Virus record (IMG/VR): IMGVR_UViG_2700988794_000001
Location: 45,559 to 109,558 of that record
Strand: one strand, 5' to 3'
DNA: 64,000 nt
DNA from: a virus
Taxonomy: Duplodnaviria > Caudoviricetes
Numbering within the stretch: position 1 is the stretch's first letter; every line of letters starts with the position of its first letter. This document shows, piece by piece, positions 63,318-64,000 of the stretch. The notes under the pieces are model-generated. The model was not told the DNA's origin, ran no database searches, and was given only the letters and a program-made list of their open reading frames with translations. The translations under genes were made by a program, and so were the position numbers.

Positions 63318-63961
63318 TGCAGGAAGTCCCTTTCAGGACAATCACCGTCGCGCATGACGGAAAGCACAGGACTGCATTCGAGATCGCGTGCTGCAAGTGC
63401 GTGAAGACCATGACCGTGATACGGCCTACCCACCTCCGGCAGGCCAAACGGATCGAGGTGGAAAACAAGACGGTCGCCTCTGCTATGGAGGAGGCCGGAT
63501 GGACCTACAAGAACGGCTTCCGGCGCTGCATGTGCCCGGATCATCCCAAGATAACCGCCATAGAGGAGAGTGCACCAGTGGCCGCAGTGACCAGAGAAAT
63601 CGCCCAAAAGGAAGAGGAGAAAGAAGCCGCTCCCTTCCGCCAGCCGGACCTACGGCAGCGCCGCCAAATCCTCGAAGACCTGGACATGGTCTATGACGTG
63701 GATAAGGGCTGCTACAAGAAGGGCAACAACGACGACACGATTGCCAAGAAGCGGAATTACCCACGCAAGTGGGTTGTCGATATCCGCGAGCAGTTCTTCG
63801 GCCTCAACGAGAAGAGCGAGGATCACGCCGAGGTTCTTCAGACCGTCAAGAGCATGCACGAACAGATCGGCATAATCGAAGCTCGCATGTTCTCCGACCT
63901 GGAGAAGCTCGACAAGTTCAAGACCGAGCTAGGCACGCTGCTCACCAACCTCGCGAAATGA
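63317..63961 (+). CDS. hypothetical zinc-ribbon protein
   Basis: CCKC..AGW..CPDH, PRKWVVDIREQFFG. Confidence 0.7.
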   Translation: MQEVPFRTITVAHDGKHRTAFEIACCKCVKTMTVIRPTHLRQAKRIEVENKTVASAMEEAGWTYKNGFRRCMCPDHPKITAIEESAPVAAVTREIAQKEEEKEAAPFRQPDLRQRRQILEDLDMVYDVDKGCYKKGNNDDTIAKKRNYPRKWVVDIREQFFGLNEKSEDHAEVLQTVKSMHEQIGIIEARMFSDLEKLDKFKTELGTLLTNLAK

Positions 63962-63964
63962 TTG

Positions 63965-63985
63965 GAGGCCTTCGGGCCTCTTTTT
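63965..63985 (+). terminator. intrinsic terminator
   Basis: GAGGCC-TTCG-GGCCTC-TTTTT. Confidence 0.85.
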
Positions 63986-64000
63986 CGTTTTCCCATCTTG

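Overview
This window is part of a large, GC-rich, lytic-type dsDNA tailed phage genome, probably infecting an alphaproteobacterium (Rhizobiales-like; inferred). Almost all genes lie on the + strand. 1-19 kb is a replication/recombination module: degenerate DnaC-like protein, DnaB, UDG-fused family A DNA polymerase, primase, SSB, SF2 helicase, RecA, two resolvase-like nucleases, a Cas4-like nuclease and a class II RNR. 19-24 kb holds a ParB/PAPS-reductase (IbrAB-like) cluster. 24-64 kb is mostly small hypothetical genes, interspersed with beta-helix and SGNH fibre-like genes. About 20 single-base frameshifts, several in essential genes, look like sequencing errors. Four unexplained layers stand out: (1) a palindrome TGCAAC-N2-GTTGCA in at least 32 exact copies plus about 10 variants, never more than about 3.5 kb apart and present even inside essential genes; (2) 21 promoter cassettes TTG(A/C/T)CA-AAGGA...-17 bp-TAnnnT, whose variable spacer often pairs with a co-varying downstream arm; (3) two short peptide motifs, R-x-V-x-L-[DE] and V-R-T-R-x-R, at the ends of many unrelated proteins; (4) duplicated 'small protein + FGFGF-leader protein' modules. 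All counts were made by eye.
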